A program made the position numbers and the translations under genes. DNA of 32,000 nucleotides from Apilactobacillus kunkeei (GTDB taxonomy: Bacteria > Bacillota > Bacilli > Lactobacillales > Lactobacillaceae), in NCBI RefSeq assembly GCF_001421115.1, contig NZ_JXCW01000003.1, forward strand, positions 36,257 to 68,256. Direction: 5' to 3'. The notes beneath the pieces were generated by a model. That model was not told the DNA's origin. It ran no database searches and saw only the letters and a list, made by a program, of their open reading frames with translations. Position 1 is the first letter of the stretch, and every line of letters starts with the position of its first letter. Below are positions 8,854 through 19,451 of this stretch, piece by piece.

Positions 8854-9433
8854 TTGGTATCAGAAAAAATTTGTGAATACCGAGCACCTAATGAAAAAGG
8901 AACACCTAAATATCAAGAACCACATCGTAAAGATTAATGGCGATAAGTTTTACTTGGCCAAGGCAATGGTTACCGATATTCCAGAAATGGTGAATATCGA
9001 ACGTGACGTCTACGATGGTAAGGCACCATGGACCGACGAAGCGTTTTTACCTGAGCTAAAGCCACGTCTAGATCGCTTTTATTTACTATTGCGTCAAGAA
9101 GACGAACTAGTTGCTTTTATCGGTAGTTCTTTAAACGATAAGCAAGGTGACTGCCATATCTCAAACGTTGCTGTAAAACCTGAATACCAAGAACGTGGAT
9201 TAGGTTACTTTTTAATCGCAAAGATTATCAAGAAGGCTCGCCAATTGAACTATAGGACAGTTTCTTTGGAAGTAAGAATTAGCAACGTAAAGGCCCAAAG
9301 ATTGTATTCCGACTTAGGTTTCAAGCAAGTTGGTGTCAAGAAGGGTTACTACGACGGTGATCATGAAGATGCCGTTGATATGGTTTTAGATTTAAGTCTA
9401 TACGAAACTATTCCAAATAACTTTGGAATTTAA
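8834..9433 (+). CDS. rimI: Ribosomal-protein-alanine N-acetyltransferase RimI (GNAT)
   Basis: GNAT acetyl-CoA motif ([18 protein letters not shown]), between tsaB and tsaD. The start is uncertain: ATG 8834 overlaps tsaB by 20 nt, and ATG 8891 is an alternative. Confidence 0.8.
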   Translation: MLKKLINWYQKKFVNTEHLMKKEHLNIKNHIVKINGDKFYLAKAMVTDIPEMVNIERDVYDGKAPWTDEAFLPELKPRLDRFYLLLRQEDELVAFIGSSLNDKQGDCHISNVAVKPEYQERGLGYFLIAKIIKKARQLNYRTVSLEVRISNVKAQRLYSDLGFKQVGVKKGYYDGDHEDAVDMVLDLSLYETIPNNFGI

Positions 9434-10479
9434 TGAAACGAGGTTTTTTTGTGCAACCACATATAATTATGTCTTTTGAATCTAGTTGTGATGAAACTAG
9501 TGTGGCCATTATCGAAGATGGCGAAAAAATATTATCAAACGTTGTTGCAACGCAAATCAATAGTCACAAGCGATTTGGTGGAGTCGTTCCAGAAGTCGCA
9601 AGTAGACATCATATTGAACAAATCACTATCTGTGTTGAAGATGCCATGAAGCAAGCCGATGTTTCATACGATGACATCGACGCAATTGCGGTGACATATG
9701 GTCCCGGTCTAGTTGGGGCACTATTAATCGGTGTTACTGCTGCTAAGACCATTGCATGGGCACACAATATTCCATTGATTCCCGTTAACCACATTGCCGG
9801 ACATATCTTGGCTAGTCGTTTTGTTACCAAGATTAACTACCCAGCATTAGCATTGGTTGTTTCCGGTGGTCATACTGAATTGGTCCTAATGAAAGAAGAG
9901 GGAGACTTCAAGATTATCGGTGAAACTAGGGATGACGCTGCCGGTGAAGCATACGATAAGGTTGGTCGAGTATTGGGAATTAACTACCCAGCTGGTCCTA
10001 AGGTTGATGCAATGGCAGCAGAAGGTAAGGATACCTTTAACTTCCCACGTGCGATGGAAAAAGAAGATAACTTCGACTTTTCATTTAGTGGTTTAAAGAG
10101 TGCGTTTCTAAACACCACTCACCATGCTGATCAAATTCATGAAGAATTGGATAAGAACGATTTGGCCGCTAGTTTCCAAAGTGCTGTCGTTGATGTATTA
10201 GTCGATAAGACCACTAGAGCATTACAAGAATATCCAGTTTCTCAATTGATTTTAGCTGGTGGGGTTGCCGCTAACAAGGGTCTTCGTGGTGCATTAGAAC
10301 AAGCAATTGATAAGATTGATACAACTGAATTAATTAAGGTGCCAAACAAACTTTGTGGTGACAATGCCGCAATGATTGGTGCAGCCGGATACGTCATGGC
10401 AAAGAAGGATGTTTTTGCTGGCGTTGACTTAAATGCTGACCCAAGTTTGGAATTCAACCTTTTAGAAGATGAAGAATAA
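9433..10479 (+). CDS. tsaD: tRNA N6-adenosine threonylcarbamoyltransferase TsaD
   Basis: [31 protein letters not shown] and GGVAAN motifs of Kae1/TsaD. ATG 9433 overlaps the rimI stop (TAATG). GTG 9451, which lies 7 nt after GAGG, is a plausible alternative start. Confidence 0.93.
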   Translation: MKRGFFVQPHIIMSFESSCDETSVAIIEDGEKILSNVVATQINSHKRFGGVVPEVASRHHIEQITICVEDAMKQADVSYDDIDAIAVTYGPGLVGALLIGVTAAKTIAWAHNIPLIPVNHIAGHILASRFVTKINYPALALVVSGGHTELVLMKEEGDFKIIGETRDDAAGEAYDKVGRVLGINYPAGPKVDAMAAEGKDTFNFPRAMEKEDNFDFSFSGLKSAFLNTTHHADQIHEELDKNDLAASFQSAVVDVLVDKTTRALQEYPVSQLILAGGVAANKGLRGALEQAIDKIDTTELIKVPNKLCGDNAAMIGAAGYVMAKKDVFAGVDLNADPSLEFNLLEDEE

Positions 10480-10513
10480 AAAAGATGAATCCGTTTTGGA
10501 TTCATCTTTTTTG
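10477..10513. terminator. Bidirectional rho-independent terminator between convergent tsaD and the ABC-F gene
   Basis: Perfect 10-bp stem AGATGAATCC / GGATTCATCT (10483-10492 and 10498-10507), flanked by an A-run and a T-run. Confidence 0.85.
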
Positions 10514-10514
10514 T

Positions 10515-12461
10515 TTATTCAAGTTCCATCATTGCGTTTTCCCAATCGGTTTCAATCTCTTCAATCTTTGAGTTGATATCGGTTAGTTTAGCTTGCAAAT
10601 CGTTTAGTTTTTCAATGTCGTTTAAGTTTTCTGGTTTAACCATTTCTGATTCAATAGATGATTTATCTTTTTGAGCAGTATCTAGTTTTTCTTCCAGTTC
10701 TTCAACTTGACGTTTAAGTTTTCTTTGTTTCTTTTGCAACTCTTTGTTAGCAATGAATTCTTTTTGGTTTTGTGACTTTGGCTTGGAGTCTTCAACCTCT
10801 TCGGTCTTAGCTTGTTCTTCTTTTTTGTGTTCCTCAATGGCCGCTTGTTCTTCCTTCTTTTCTACATAATAGTTGTAGTTACCAAGGAATAGTTCACTAC
10901 CATCAGGGGATAGCTCGACAATTTGAGTGGCTAACTTATTGATGAAGTATCTATCATGAGATACAAACAAAATGGTTCCATCGAAATTGATTAATGCGTT
11001 TTCCAACACTTCTCTACTATCGATATCCAAATGGTTGGTAGGTTCATCTAGGATTAAGAAGTTATCGTGATTCATGGATAACTTAGTTAAAACAAGGCGG
11101 GCCTTTTCACCACCAGAAAGGTTACCAACAACTTTTTCAACGTCCTCACCAGAGAACAAGAAACTACCTAGAATTGAACGAATGCGTTGTTCAGGATAAG
11201 TAGGATAGTCGTCCCAGATTTCATTTAAGACGGTCTTGTTAGGATGTAGGTTATCTTGGTGTTGGTCGTAGTAACCAATTTGGACGCCAGTACCACGTTC
11301 AATTTCACCAGATTGGAGTGGTAATTGCTTCATGATGGTCTTTAGCAATGTTGACTTACCGATTCCGTTTGGTCCAATTAATGCGACCGCTTGATTCCGT
11401 TTAACGTCAATATTGATATTTTTAGATAAGATTTGATGGTCGTATCCGATTGCAGCATCTCGCACATTTAAAACGACGTTTCCACTTTGTTTTTCAGGAG
11501 TAAATGAAAGACGAGCAGATTTATCATCACGAGTTGGTGCCGAAATTTTTTCCATCTTTTCCAATTGAGTTCTTCTTGATTGAGCTCGCTTGGTAGTAGA
11601 TGCACGAACAATGTTTTTATCAACGAAGTCCTGCATCTCTTTGATTTTCTTTTGTTGTTTTTCGTATTCCTTTAGTTGATGTTGGTAATTAAGTCTCTTT
11701 TGTTCAACATAACTGGAGTAGTTCCCAACATAATGAGTCATGTGGCCTTGTGATAAGTCGTAGACTTGATCGACAATCTTATCCATGAAGAAACGGTCAT
11801 GGGAGATGATTAGAAGGGCACCATGATAACTCTTTAGATAATCTTCCAACCAACTGATGGTCTTAACATCAATATGGTTGGTAGGTTCGTCTAGGATTAA
11901 TAGGTCCTTCTTTTGTAGAAGCAACTTGGCCATTGCTAGTTGGGTTTGTTGACCACCTGATAGCTCACTGATCTTATGGTCGTACATTTCTTCACCGAAG
12001 CTAAATCCGTTTAAGACGGCCTTAATTTCGGCTTGATAAGAAAAACCGTTCTTGGCGGTAAACTCAGCTTGAAGTTGGTCATAAGTTTGTGAAACCTCAG
12101 CCAGCTTTTCAGAATCCGAATTAATATTTGGATTGGCCATCTTGTTTTCGTATTCGTGAATTTTATTTTCTAAAGCGATTAAATCAGCAAAGACATTGGT
12201 CATTTCTTCAATGATGGTGGCATCAGAAGTTAGACCAGTATTTTGGGCTAAGTATCCAATGGTGATACCTTTTTTGGTGGTGACTTCACCTTCATCGATT
12301 GGTTCATCGCCCAAAATCATTTTCACTAAGGTTGACTTACCAGCACCGTTTCGACCAACCAAGGCGACCTTGCTGTTTTCTTCGATACTCAAGTTAACGC
12401 TTGTGAAAAGATCTTGCCCACCAAATCTTTTTGTCATTTTGTTTGCTTGTAAAATAATCAT
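10515..12461 (-). CDS. ABC-F family ATPase (two ABC domains, no transmembrane domain; YdiF/Uup-like translation factor)
   Basis: Two Walker A motifs (GRNGAGKST, GPNGIGKST) and two signature motifs (LSGGQ, LSGGE). K/E-rich C-terminal coiled coil. Same position and orientation as B. subtilis ydiF next to tsaD. I prefer the ATG at 12461 (MIILQANK...), 8 nt after AGGAGG, to the track's GTG at 12470, which lies inside the RBS. Confidence 0.9.
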   Translation of the reverse strand: MIILQANKMTKRFGGQDLFTSVNLSIEENSKVALVGRNGAGKSTLVKMILGDEPIDEGEVTTKKGITIGYLAQNTGLTSDATIIEEMTNVFADLIALENKIHEYENKMANPNINSDSEKLAEVSQTYDQLQAEFTAKNGFSYQAEIKAVLNGFSFGEEMYDHKISELSGGQQTQLAMAKLLLQKKDLLILDEPTNHIDVKTISWLEDYLKSYHGALLIISHDRFFMDKIVDQVYDLSQGHMTHYVGNYSSYVEQKRLNYQHQLKEYEKQQKKIKEMQDFVDKNIVRASTTKRAQSRRTQLEKMEKISAPTRDDKSARLSFTPEKQSGNVVLNVRDAAIGYDHQILSKNINIDVKRNQAVALIGPNGIGKSTLLKTIMKQLPLQSGEIERGTGVQIGYYDQHQDNLHPNKTVLNEIWDDYPTYPEQRIRSILGSFLFSGEDVEKVVGNLSGGEKARLVLTKLSMNHDNFLILDEPTNHLDIDSREVLENALINFDGTILFVSHDRYFINKLATQIVELSPDGSELFLGNYNYYVEKKEEQAAIEEHKKEEQAKTEEVEDSKPKSQNQKEFIANKELQKKQRKLKRQVEELEEKLDTAQKDKSSIESEMVKPENLNDIEKLNDLQAKLTDINSKIEEIETDWENAMMELE

Positions 12462-12505
12462 AAAATTCACCTCCTAATTCTCTTGTTTTATCAGTAATAA
12501 TGACT

Positions 12506-12514
12506 ATTTTAGCA
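12506..12514 (-). promoter_or_regulatory. Candidate extended -10 promoter element for the ABC-F gene
   Basis: The reverse strand reads TGCTAAAAT (TGnTAnAAT), about 45 nt upstream of the ABC-F start. Confidence 0.35.
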
Positions 12515-12567
12515 TATTTCCCCGGATAAATTAAAATGTTCAATCCTTTTTAGTAGATGATAATATT

Positions 12568-12595
12568 TTCACAAACTTTGTTTTTATGATAGAAT
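12568..12595 (+). promoter_or_regulatory. Candidate rex promoter
   Basis: TTCACA (12568-12573), 16-nt spacer including TG at 12587-12588, TAGAAT (12590-12595). The -10 element lies inside the track's 12586 ORF start, which argues for a downstream start codon. Confidence 0.4.
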
Positions 12596-12630
12596 ACATA
12601 AATGTTATGAAAGATTCGGGAGGGAACATT

Positions 12631-13263
12631 TTGGATATTAAAATTCCTAGGGCAACGGCTAAAAGATTGCCTATGTATTATCGATATCTTAGCGGTTTAC
12701 ACGACGCTAAAATAAAGAGAATATCCTCTAGTACTTTTGCTGAAGCAGTGCAAGTTGATTCAGCAACCATTAGAAGAGATTTATCTTATTTTGGAGCTCT
12801 TGGAAAACGTGGATATGGATACGAAGTTGATAATTTATTAGACTTCTTCAAGAAGATTCTAAATCAAGATCACTTAACAAATGTTGCATTAGTCGGTTTA
12901 GGTAATTTGGGTCAAGCCTTACTACACTTTAATTTTCACAAAGATAGTAACGTAAGAATCTCAGCTGCCTTTGATATTCATGACGACATGATTAACACTG
13001 TTCAAAGTGGTGTACCAGTATACGATGTTAAAGACTTACAAGAACAATTAAGAGATCAACAAATTGAAGTAGTTATTTTTACTGTTCCAGCAACCGTAGT
13101 TCAAGACCTATGTGATGAAGCCGTAAAGGGTGGAGCAAAAGGTATCATGAACTTTACTTCAAAACGTTTATCAGTTCCTAAAAATGTCAGAGTACAAAAC
13201 GTTGATTTAACTAACGAATTACAAACATTAATTTACTTCATTGAACACTATGAAGGTGAATAA
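12631..13263 (+). CDS. rex: Redox-sensing transcriptional repressor Rex
   Basis: [16 protein letters not shown] winged-helix N-terminus, [22 protein letters not shown], and Rossmann motif [13 protein letters not shown] prefer TTG 12631, 6 nt after GGGAGGG. In-frame alternatives are ATG 12607 and 12586. Confidence 0.9.
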   Translation: MDIKIPRATAKRLPMYYRYLSGLHDAKIKRISSSTFAEAVQVDSATIRRDLSYFGALGKRGYGYEVDNLLDFFKKILNQDHLTNVALVGLGNLGQALLHFNFHKDSNVRISAAFDIHDDMINTVQSGVPVYDVKDLQEQLRDQQIEVVIFTVPATVVQDLCDEAVKGGAKGIMNFTSKRLSVPKNVRVQNVDLTNELQTLIYFIEHYEGE

Positions 13264-13265
13264 GA

Positions 13266-13294
13266 AAGATGAGCCATTGGCCCATCTTTTTTTG
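13266..13294 (+). terminator. Rho-independent terminator after rex
   Basis: AGATGAGCC (13267-13275) pairs with GGCCCATCT (13279-13287) with one mismatch and a 3-nt loop; followed by a T-run. Confidence 0.7.
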
Positions 13295-13324
13295 TAGGAT
13301 TATATCGTGTAGGGGTTAAAATTC

Positions 13325-13353
13325 TTGCATATAAAACAAAAAAATAATATATT
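13325..13353 (+). promoter_or_regulatory. Candidate sigma-A promoter of groESL
   Basis: TTGCAT (13325-13330), 17-nt spacer, TATATT (13348-13353). This places the CIRCE element just downstream of the predicted transcription start, as in characterised groESL operons. Confidence 0.45.
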
Positions 13354-13364
13354 ATTTATAGTGA

Positions 13365-13391
13365 TTAGCACTTATAATAATTGACTGCTAA
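13365..13391 (+). promoter_or_regulatory. CIRCE operator (HrcA binding site)
   Basis: TTAGCACTT-N9-GACTGCTAA compared with the consensus TTAGCACTC-N9-GAGTGCTAA. It lies 43 nt upstream of the groES ATG. Confidence 0.85.
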
Positions 13392-13433
13392 TACTGATAA
13401 AAGACATTAAAAAACAAAGTGAGGTCAAGCAAA

Positions 13434-13718
13434 ATGTTAAAGCCATTGGGTGATCGTGTAATTATTGAAGCACAAGAAGCTAAAGAAGAAACAGTTGGAG
13501 GCATTGTGTTAGCAAATAATGCTAAAGAAAAGCCACAAACTGGTAAAGTTGTTGCCGTAGGAAACGGTAGAGTTTTAGACAATGGCCAAACTGTTACACC
13601 AGAAGTTAAGAAGGGTGACGAAGTTGTTTACGACAAGTACTCAGGTACTTCAGTAGACTACGATGGCCAAAAATATTTAGTACTAAAAGAAAGCGACATT
13701 TTAGCTGTCGTTGAATAA
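13434..13718 (+). CDS. groES: Co-chaperonin GroES
   Basis: 94 aa starting [11 protein letters not shown], the canonical GroES N-terminus, about 9 nt after GTGAGG. The track's start at 13419 is an upstream extension into the RBS. Confidence 0.95.
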   Translation: MLKPLGDRVIIEAQEAKEETVGGIVLANNAKEKPQTGKVVAVGNGRVLDNGQTVTPEVKKGDEVVYDKYSGTSVDYDGQKYLVLKESDILAVVE

Positions 13719-13751
13719 TAGATAAAACGAAATTATTAATGAGGTGAATAA

Positions 13752-15368
<1,617 letters not shown>

Positions 15369-15370
15369 TA

Positions 15371-15401
15371 AAAAAGGATTCCTTTGGGAATCCTTTTTTT
15401 G
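15371..15401 (+). terminator. Rho-independent terminator after groEL
   Basis: Perfect stem AAGGATTCC / GGAATCCTT (15374-15382 and 15387-15395), followed by TTTTTTT. Confidence 0.85.
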
Positions 15402-15408
15402 TTTAACC

Positions 15409-15438
15409 TTGTTTTTAATCTGTTACATTTGTATAATT
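15409..15438 (+). promoter_or_regulatory. Candidate promoter for tagO
   Basis: TTGTTT (15409-15414), 18-nt spacer, TATAAT (15433-15438), 36 nt upstream of the ATG. Pattern only. Confidence 0.3.
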
Positions 15439-15473
15439 TATTAATAGTATTATAAAACGAAAGGATAACGATT

Positions 15474-16571
15474 ATGCTAAAATTCGAAATTATCGTTTCC
15501 CTTTTCGCGACAATGTTAATTTCTGCTGTGGTAACACCGTTTATCAGAAAACTAGCATTCCGCTGGGGAGCTATCGATAGTCCAAATAAGCGAAGAATGA
15601 ATAAAATTCCAATGCCGACATTAGGAGGTTTGGCAATCTTTGTGGCATACACAATTGCCACAATGTTCCTATTAAGGTCACAAATGCCAACCCATCAACT
15701 TTACGGGATGTTTGCAGGACAAGTAGTTATCATTATTACAGGGGTAATCGATGACATCATTGTATTAAAGCCACGTCAAAAGGTATTCGGAATTAGTTTA
15801 GCAGCAATCATTGTCTATTTCTTTGGAAACATTCAAATGAGTAATGTATCATTACCATTCATTGGAACATTTAGTCTGGGATGGTTCAGTTTACCAATTA
15901 CGCTAATTTGGATTTTAGCAATTACCAACGCCGTTAACTTAATTGACGGTCTGGATGGATTAGCAACGGGGGTCGCAGTTATTGCATTGACCACCATGGG
16001 AATTACCGGTTTCTTCTTCCTAAACGTTGGAAATGTCTACGTTTCAATCATGATTTTTGCACTAGTTGCAGCATGTTTAGGATTTTTACCTTACAACTTC
16101 TTCCCAGCTAGAATCTATCTAGGGGATACAGGATCATTGTTCATCGGTTTCATGATTTCGATTTTTTCATTAAACGGATTGAAGAATGCCACATTCATTA
16201 CCGTTATTATTCCGGTAATTATCCTGGGTGTCCCAATCACCGATACTATTTACGCAATCTTACGTAGAATGTTAAACAAGCAACCAATTATGCATGCTGA
16301 CAAACGACACTTACATCATCGTTTGATGCAAATCGGATTGACTCACCGTCAAACCGTATTGGTAATCTATGGAATTGCTCTGATTTTCTCATTCATTTCA
16401 TTGTTATACCCAATCTCAACAATTTGGGGTTCCATTTTACTAACGATAGCAACGTTAATCGGGTTGGAACTATTTGTTGAATCAATCGGTTTAGCGGGTA
16501 AGGATAGACAACCATTACTAAACGCAATTAAAAAAGTCGTTAAAGAAAACACAAGTAAAGATAACCACTAA
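15474..16571 (+). CDS. tagO: Undecaprenyl-phosphate N-acetylglucosaminyl-1-phosphate transferase (MraY/WecA family glycosyltransferase 4, TagO-like)
   Basis: 365 aa polytopic membrane protein. Family motifs DDIIVLKPRQK, NAVNLIDGLDGLATG and YLGDTGSLFIGF. Its size and its position next to yigZ/yvyE match B. subtilis tagO. Confidence 0.8.
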   Translation: MLKFEIIVSLFATMLISAVVTPFIRKLAFRWGAIDSPNKRRMNKIPMPTLGGLAIFVAYTIATMFLLRSQMPTHQLYGMFAGQVVIIITGVIDDIIVLKPRQKVFGISLAAIIVYFFGNIQMSNVSLPFIGTFSLGWFSLPITLIWILAITNAVNLIDGLDGLATGVAVIALTTMGITGFFFLNVGNVYVSIMIFALVAACLGFLPYNFFPARIYLGDTGSLFIGFMISIFSLNGLKNATFITVIIPVIILGVPITDTIYAILRRMLNKQPIMHADKRHLHHRLMQIGLTHRQTVLVIYGIALIFSFISLLYPISTIWGSILLTIATLIGLELFVESIGLAGKDRQPLLNAIKKVVKENTSKDNH

Positions 16572-16604
16572 AAAAAGAATGGCCACCTTGGTCATTCTTT
16601 TTTG
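16570..16604. terminator. Bidirectional rho-independent terminator between convergent tagO and yigZ
   Basis: AGAATGGCC (16576-16584) pairs with GGTCATTCT (16590-16598) with one G-U pair, flanked by an A-run and a T-run. The yigZ TGA stop (reverse strand) lies inside the stem. Confidence 0.8.
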
Positions 16605-17242
16605 TATGGATCATAATCTACTTCAAAGTATTTTTCATCGCCGTCGTGCATTTCAACACGACCGTTTAGTAAATCAATCACTTTTTGTTTAAACTCTTCC
16701 ACCTTGGGATTATCGATGGCAACAATTACGGACACCTTGTCGGTATATTGAGTGTCGATAATGTTAATGCCGTTTTCCTCTAGGTGGTAATTTAATTGAT
16801 CAAACAGATTATAGGCAACGTCGATTGTGATTTCTGTTTGTAAAATCTTTTTGACGATTCCGACGTGTTCGATGGCCTTAGTGGTGGCATTGCTATATGC
16901 ACGAATTAAACCACCAGCACCTAACTTAATGCCACCGAAGTATCTGGTAACGACGGCAGCAGTGTTGTGCACGCCGATGTTTTTTAACGCTTCTAGGATG
17001 GGCACCCCAGCAGTTCCTGATGGTTCACCGTTATCACTAGCGCGTTGAATGGAGTCGTCTTGACCAATCACATAGGCATGACAGTTGTGAGTGGCTTTTT
17101 TATGTTCTTCTTTGACGCTATTAACGAAAGCCATCGCTTCTTCTTCGTTTGATACTCTAGCGATTGAACAGATAAATTGTGATTTTTTGATATCAATCTC
17201 ATTGACACCATTTTCTTTAATTGTGAGATAATCTTTTTCCAT
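16592..17242 (-). CDS. yigZ: YigZ family protein (IMPACT/UPF0029; YvyE-like)
   Basis: 216 aa. KKSQFICSIARV...HKKATHNCHAYV...DNGEPSGTAG.PILE is the conserved N-terminal domain of YigZ. Good RBS GAGGTGA. Neighbours tagO, as yvyE does in B. subtilis. Confidence 0.8.
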   Translation of the reverse strand: MEKDYLTIKENGVNEIDIKKSQFICSIARVSNEEEAMAFVNSVKEEHKKATHNCHAYVIGQDDSIQRASDNGEPSGTAGVPILEALKNIGVHNTAAVVTRYFGGIKLGAGGLIRAYSNATTKAIEHVGIVKKILQTEITIDVAYNLFDQLNYHLEENGINIIDTQYTDKVSVIVAIDNPKVEEFKQKVIDLLNGRVEMHDGDEKYFEVDYDPYKKE

Positions 17243-17287
17243 TTAGATGTTTTCACCTCAGAATTTAGCTTTTTTGCGTACTTAATT

Positions 17288-18631
17288 ATGGTGATAATTA
17301 TGATTAAAGATGTTTCTGAATTATACGGTAGACAGGTCAACGCCACAATGGTTGATGACAGTCTCTTAAATAACTCAATTGTCCATAAATACGTTCCAAT
17401 TAAGGTTAACAGTAACAATATCTATTGTAAACGATGTGGCCAAAAAACACCCGTAAACAGGTGTAATTTGCCAAATAATAACTACTATTGTCCAGTTTGC
17501 ATCAATTTGGATCGAGTAACTAAAAGCATTCCATTGGTGTATGCTGATGAACCAAATGATTTTGAAATTAAGCAGCCGGTTTTAACGTGGCAGGGTCAAT
17601 TGACTAACGAGCAAAAGAATTGTTCCAGAGATATTATCGATGTCTTTGAGAATAACAAGACGCACCTATTATGGGCAGTGACCGGAGCGGGGAAGACTGA
17701 AATGTTGTTTCAGGGAATCGAAAAAGCATTAACTGAGGGTAAACGCGTTTGTATTGCATCACCACGTGTGGATGTTTGTGTTGAACTATACCCGAGAATT
17801 AAGGAGGCGTTTTCCAATACATCGATGATTCTTCTCCACGGTCGTAACCCACAACCGTATCACTATGCGCAGCTGACGATTTGCACTACCCATCAATTGC
17901 TACGGTTTTATCATGCCTTTGACGTCTTAATTATTGATGAGGTTGATTCCTTTCCGTTTGTAAATAACGACGGATTACATTTTGCGGTCGAAAATGCGAC
18001 GAAACAAAGTAGTGCCAAGTTGTTTTTAACAGCGACACCGACCAATGAAATGACGAAGAAGATAAGGTCCAACAAGTTATCAGCTAGCTATTTACCAATT
18101 CGATTTCATCGTCATTTATTACCGGAAATTAAATTAAAGTACACAAAGAAGTGGCGCGAGAATTTAAAGAAACAAAAGTTGCCAAAGCTACTACTACATA
18201 AGATTGACAAAAAGATTAAAGAAAACCAGCGTTTTTTATTATTTGTGCCTCGCATTGCCGATTTAAAACCAATTAGTGATATTTTGGCAAAACAGTTTGA
18301 TATCAGTAAATGGGAGACCGTTTTTTCTAGTGATGATAAACGAATGGAGAAGGTATCCGACATGCGTGAGCAACGCAAACTGTTCTTGATTACGACCACC
18401 ATTTTGGAACGCGGGGTGACCTTTCCAGGAATTGACGTGATTGTGTTCGGGGCAGAAGATGAGGTTTTTTCGACTTCATCATTGGTCCAAATAGCTGGAA
18501 GAGTGGGTAGAAAACTTGATCGACCAACCGGTGAGGTATTGTTTCTAGCTGAGGAAAACACGCTGGCTATTAAAAGTGCGATTAATCAAATTAAGTATAT
18601 GAATAAAAAGGCGGAAAAATTAAATGGATAG
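17288..18631 (+). CDS. comFA: Competence protein ComFA (DEAD/DEAH-box helicase, DNA-uptake ATPase)
   Basis: 447 aa. N-terminal 4-Cys zinc finger (CKRCGQ...CPVC), Walker A TGAGKTE, DEVD box (IIDEVDSF), and helicase C motifs (TTILERGVTFPGIDV, QIAGRVGR). ATG 17300, 5 nt after GGTGA, is an alternative start. Confidence 0.85.
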   Translation: MVIIMIKDVSELYGRQVNATMVDDSLLNNSIVHKYVPIKVNSNNIYCKRCGQKTPVNRCNLPNNNYYCPVCINLDRVTKSIPLVYADEPNDFEIKQPVLTWQGQLTNEQKNCSRDIIDVFENNKTHLLWAVTGAGKTEMLFQGIEKALTEGKRVCIASPRVDVCVELYPRIKEAFSNTSMILLHGRNPQPYHYAQLTICTTHQLLRFYHAFDVLIIDEVDSFPFVNNDGLHFAVENATKQSSAKLFLTATPTNEMTKKIRSNKLSASYLPIRFHRHLLPEIKLKYTKKWRENLKKQKLPKLLLHKIDKKIKENQRFLLFVPRIADLKPISDILAKQFDISKWETVFSSDDKRMEKVSDMREQRKLFLITTTILERGVTFPGIDVIVFGAEDEVFSTSSLVQIAGRVGRKLDRPTGEVLFLAEENTLAIKSAINQIKYMNKKAEKLNG

Positions 18632-19301
18632 CTGTCTATTATGTAACAAATCAATGGTATATGACATGTCACTGGCTTTTTTATTGAGTTTTAAAAGACT
18701 GCCCAAGCGATACGTTTGTGCGGACTGTATGAACCAGTTTGCCCGCATCGATGAAACGAGAATATGTACGGCCTGTGGGCGCCAAATGGATAAGTCCGGA
18801 ATATGTATTGATTGTCAGAAGTGGCACCAATTAGGGGATGACTTTGTGAACAAAGCAATCTTCCAATATAACGATGCAATGAAGGATTTTATGCACCGCT
18901 ACAAGTTTGTCGGTGACTACCAGTTACGGATGATTTTTCAAAAAGAGATTAGAAAAAATATTAGAAAAGATTTGCTGGTAGTGCCAATTCCAGTTAGTGC
19001 TGAAACTAAGATTAATCGCGGCTTCAATCAGGTCATTGGATTTCTGGGAGATACTGCATATGTTGACGCTTTAATGGTGAAGGAAAAACGCAAGGTGCGG
19101 CAGTCTGAGCTGAACCGTCAACAGCGCATTCACAACAAACAAGTTTTCACAATCAATCCTAAACATGCGTCTGAAATAATCGATCAAAAGATATTATTAG
19201 TCGACGACATTTACACCACTGGAACCACAATTAGACATGCAGCAGACGTACTGAGGAAAAACGGTGCCAAGCAAGTTTTTGGACTAACTTTATGTCGATA
19301 A
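18624..19301 (+). CDS. comFC: ComF family protein ComFC (phosphoribosyltransferase-like)
   Basis: 225 aa. N-terminal Cys-rich zinc finger (CLLC...CADC...CTACG...CIDC) and a C-terminal PRT motif ILLVDDIYTTGTT. 8-nt overlap with comFA (ATGGATAG). Confidence 0.85.
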   Translation: MDSCLLCNKSMVYDMSLAFLLSFKRLPKRYVCADCMNQFARIDETRICTACGRQMDKSGICIDCQKWHQLGDDFVNKAIFQYNDAMKDFMHRYKFVGDYQLRMIFQKEIRKNIRKDLLVVPIPVSAETKINRGFNQVIGFLGDTAYVDALMVKEKRKVRQSELNRQQRIHNKQVFTINPKHASEIIDQKILLVDDIYTTGTTIRHAADVLRKNGAKQVFGLTLCR

Positions 19302-19374
19302 GGGATGTTTTATATATATAAAGGATATTTTTTTAGAAGAATTAGATAATCTGTTTTTAAAAATGATAATTAAA

Positions 19375-19383
19375 TGTTAGAAT
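19375..19383 (+). promoter_or_regulatory. Candidate extended -10 promoter element for secA
   Basis: TGTTAGAAT (TGnTAnAAT), 69 nt upstream of the secA ATG. A second TAGAAT lies at 19392-19397. Confidence 0.3.
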
Positions 19384-19451
19384 AAGAAAGATAGAATTTA
19401 TATAAAGCGAATAAAACATTAAAAACTAATTCACGGAAGGAAAATAAACAA

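Noticed and set aside
13423-13429. GGTCAAG near the groES RBS as a CtsR operator.
   Set aside because: CtsR sites are tandem heptad repeats (A/GGTCAAA-NAN-A/GGTCAAA). Only one imperfect heptad is present, and it overlaps the Shine-Dalgarno region.
17243-17300. ComX/SigH-type competence promoter (cin-box TACGAATA-like) upstream of comFA.
   Set aside because: The best resemblance (GTACGCAA) is on the wrong strand and matches poorly. The 45-nt divergent gap gives no defensible motif. The promoter probably lies within or overlaps yigZ and cannot be called by eye.
16592-19301. Slightly different codon flavour (more GCG/CGC/ACG-type codons) in yigZ-comFA-comFC, suggesting horizontal transfer.
   Set aside because: The genes sit in conserved Bacillus-like synteny, have no flanking repeats or mobility genes, and are expected to be weakly expressed. 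Weak codon adaptation is the simpler explanation.
19309-19322. 14-nt pure A/T palindrome (TTTATATATATAAA) after comFC as a terminator.
   Set aside because: An all-A/T stem would be too unstable for an intrinsic terminator. It is likely just AT-rich spacer, although a nearby T-run at 19328-19334 leaves a weak possibility.
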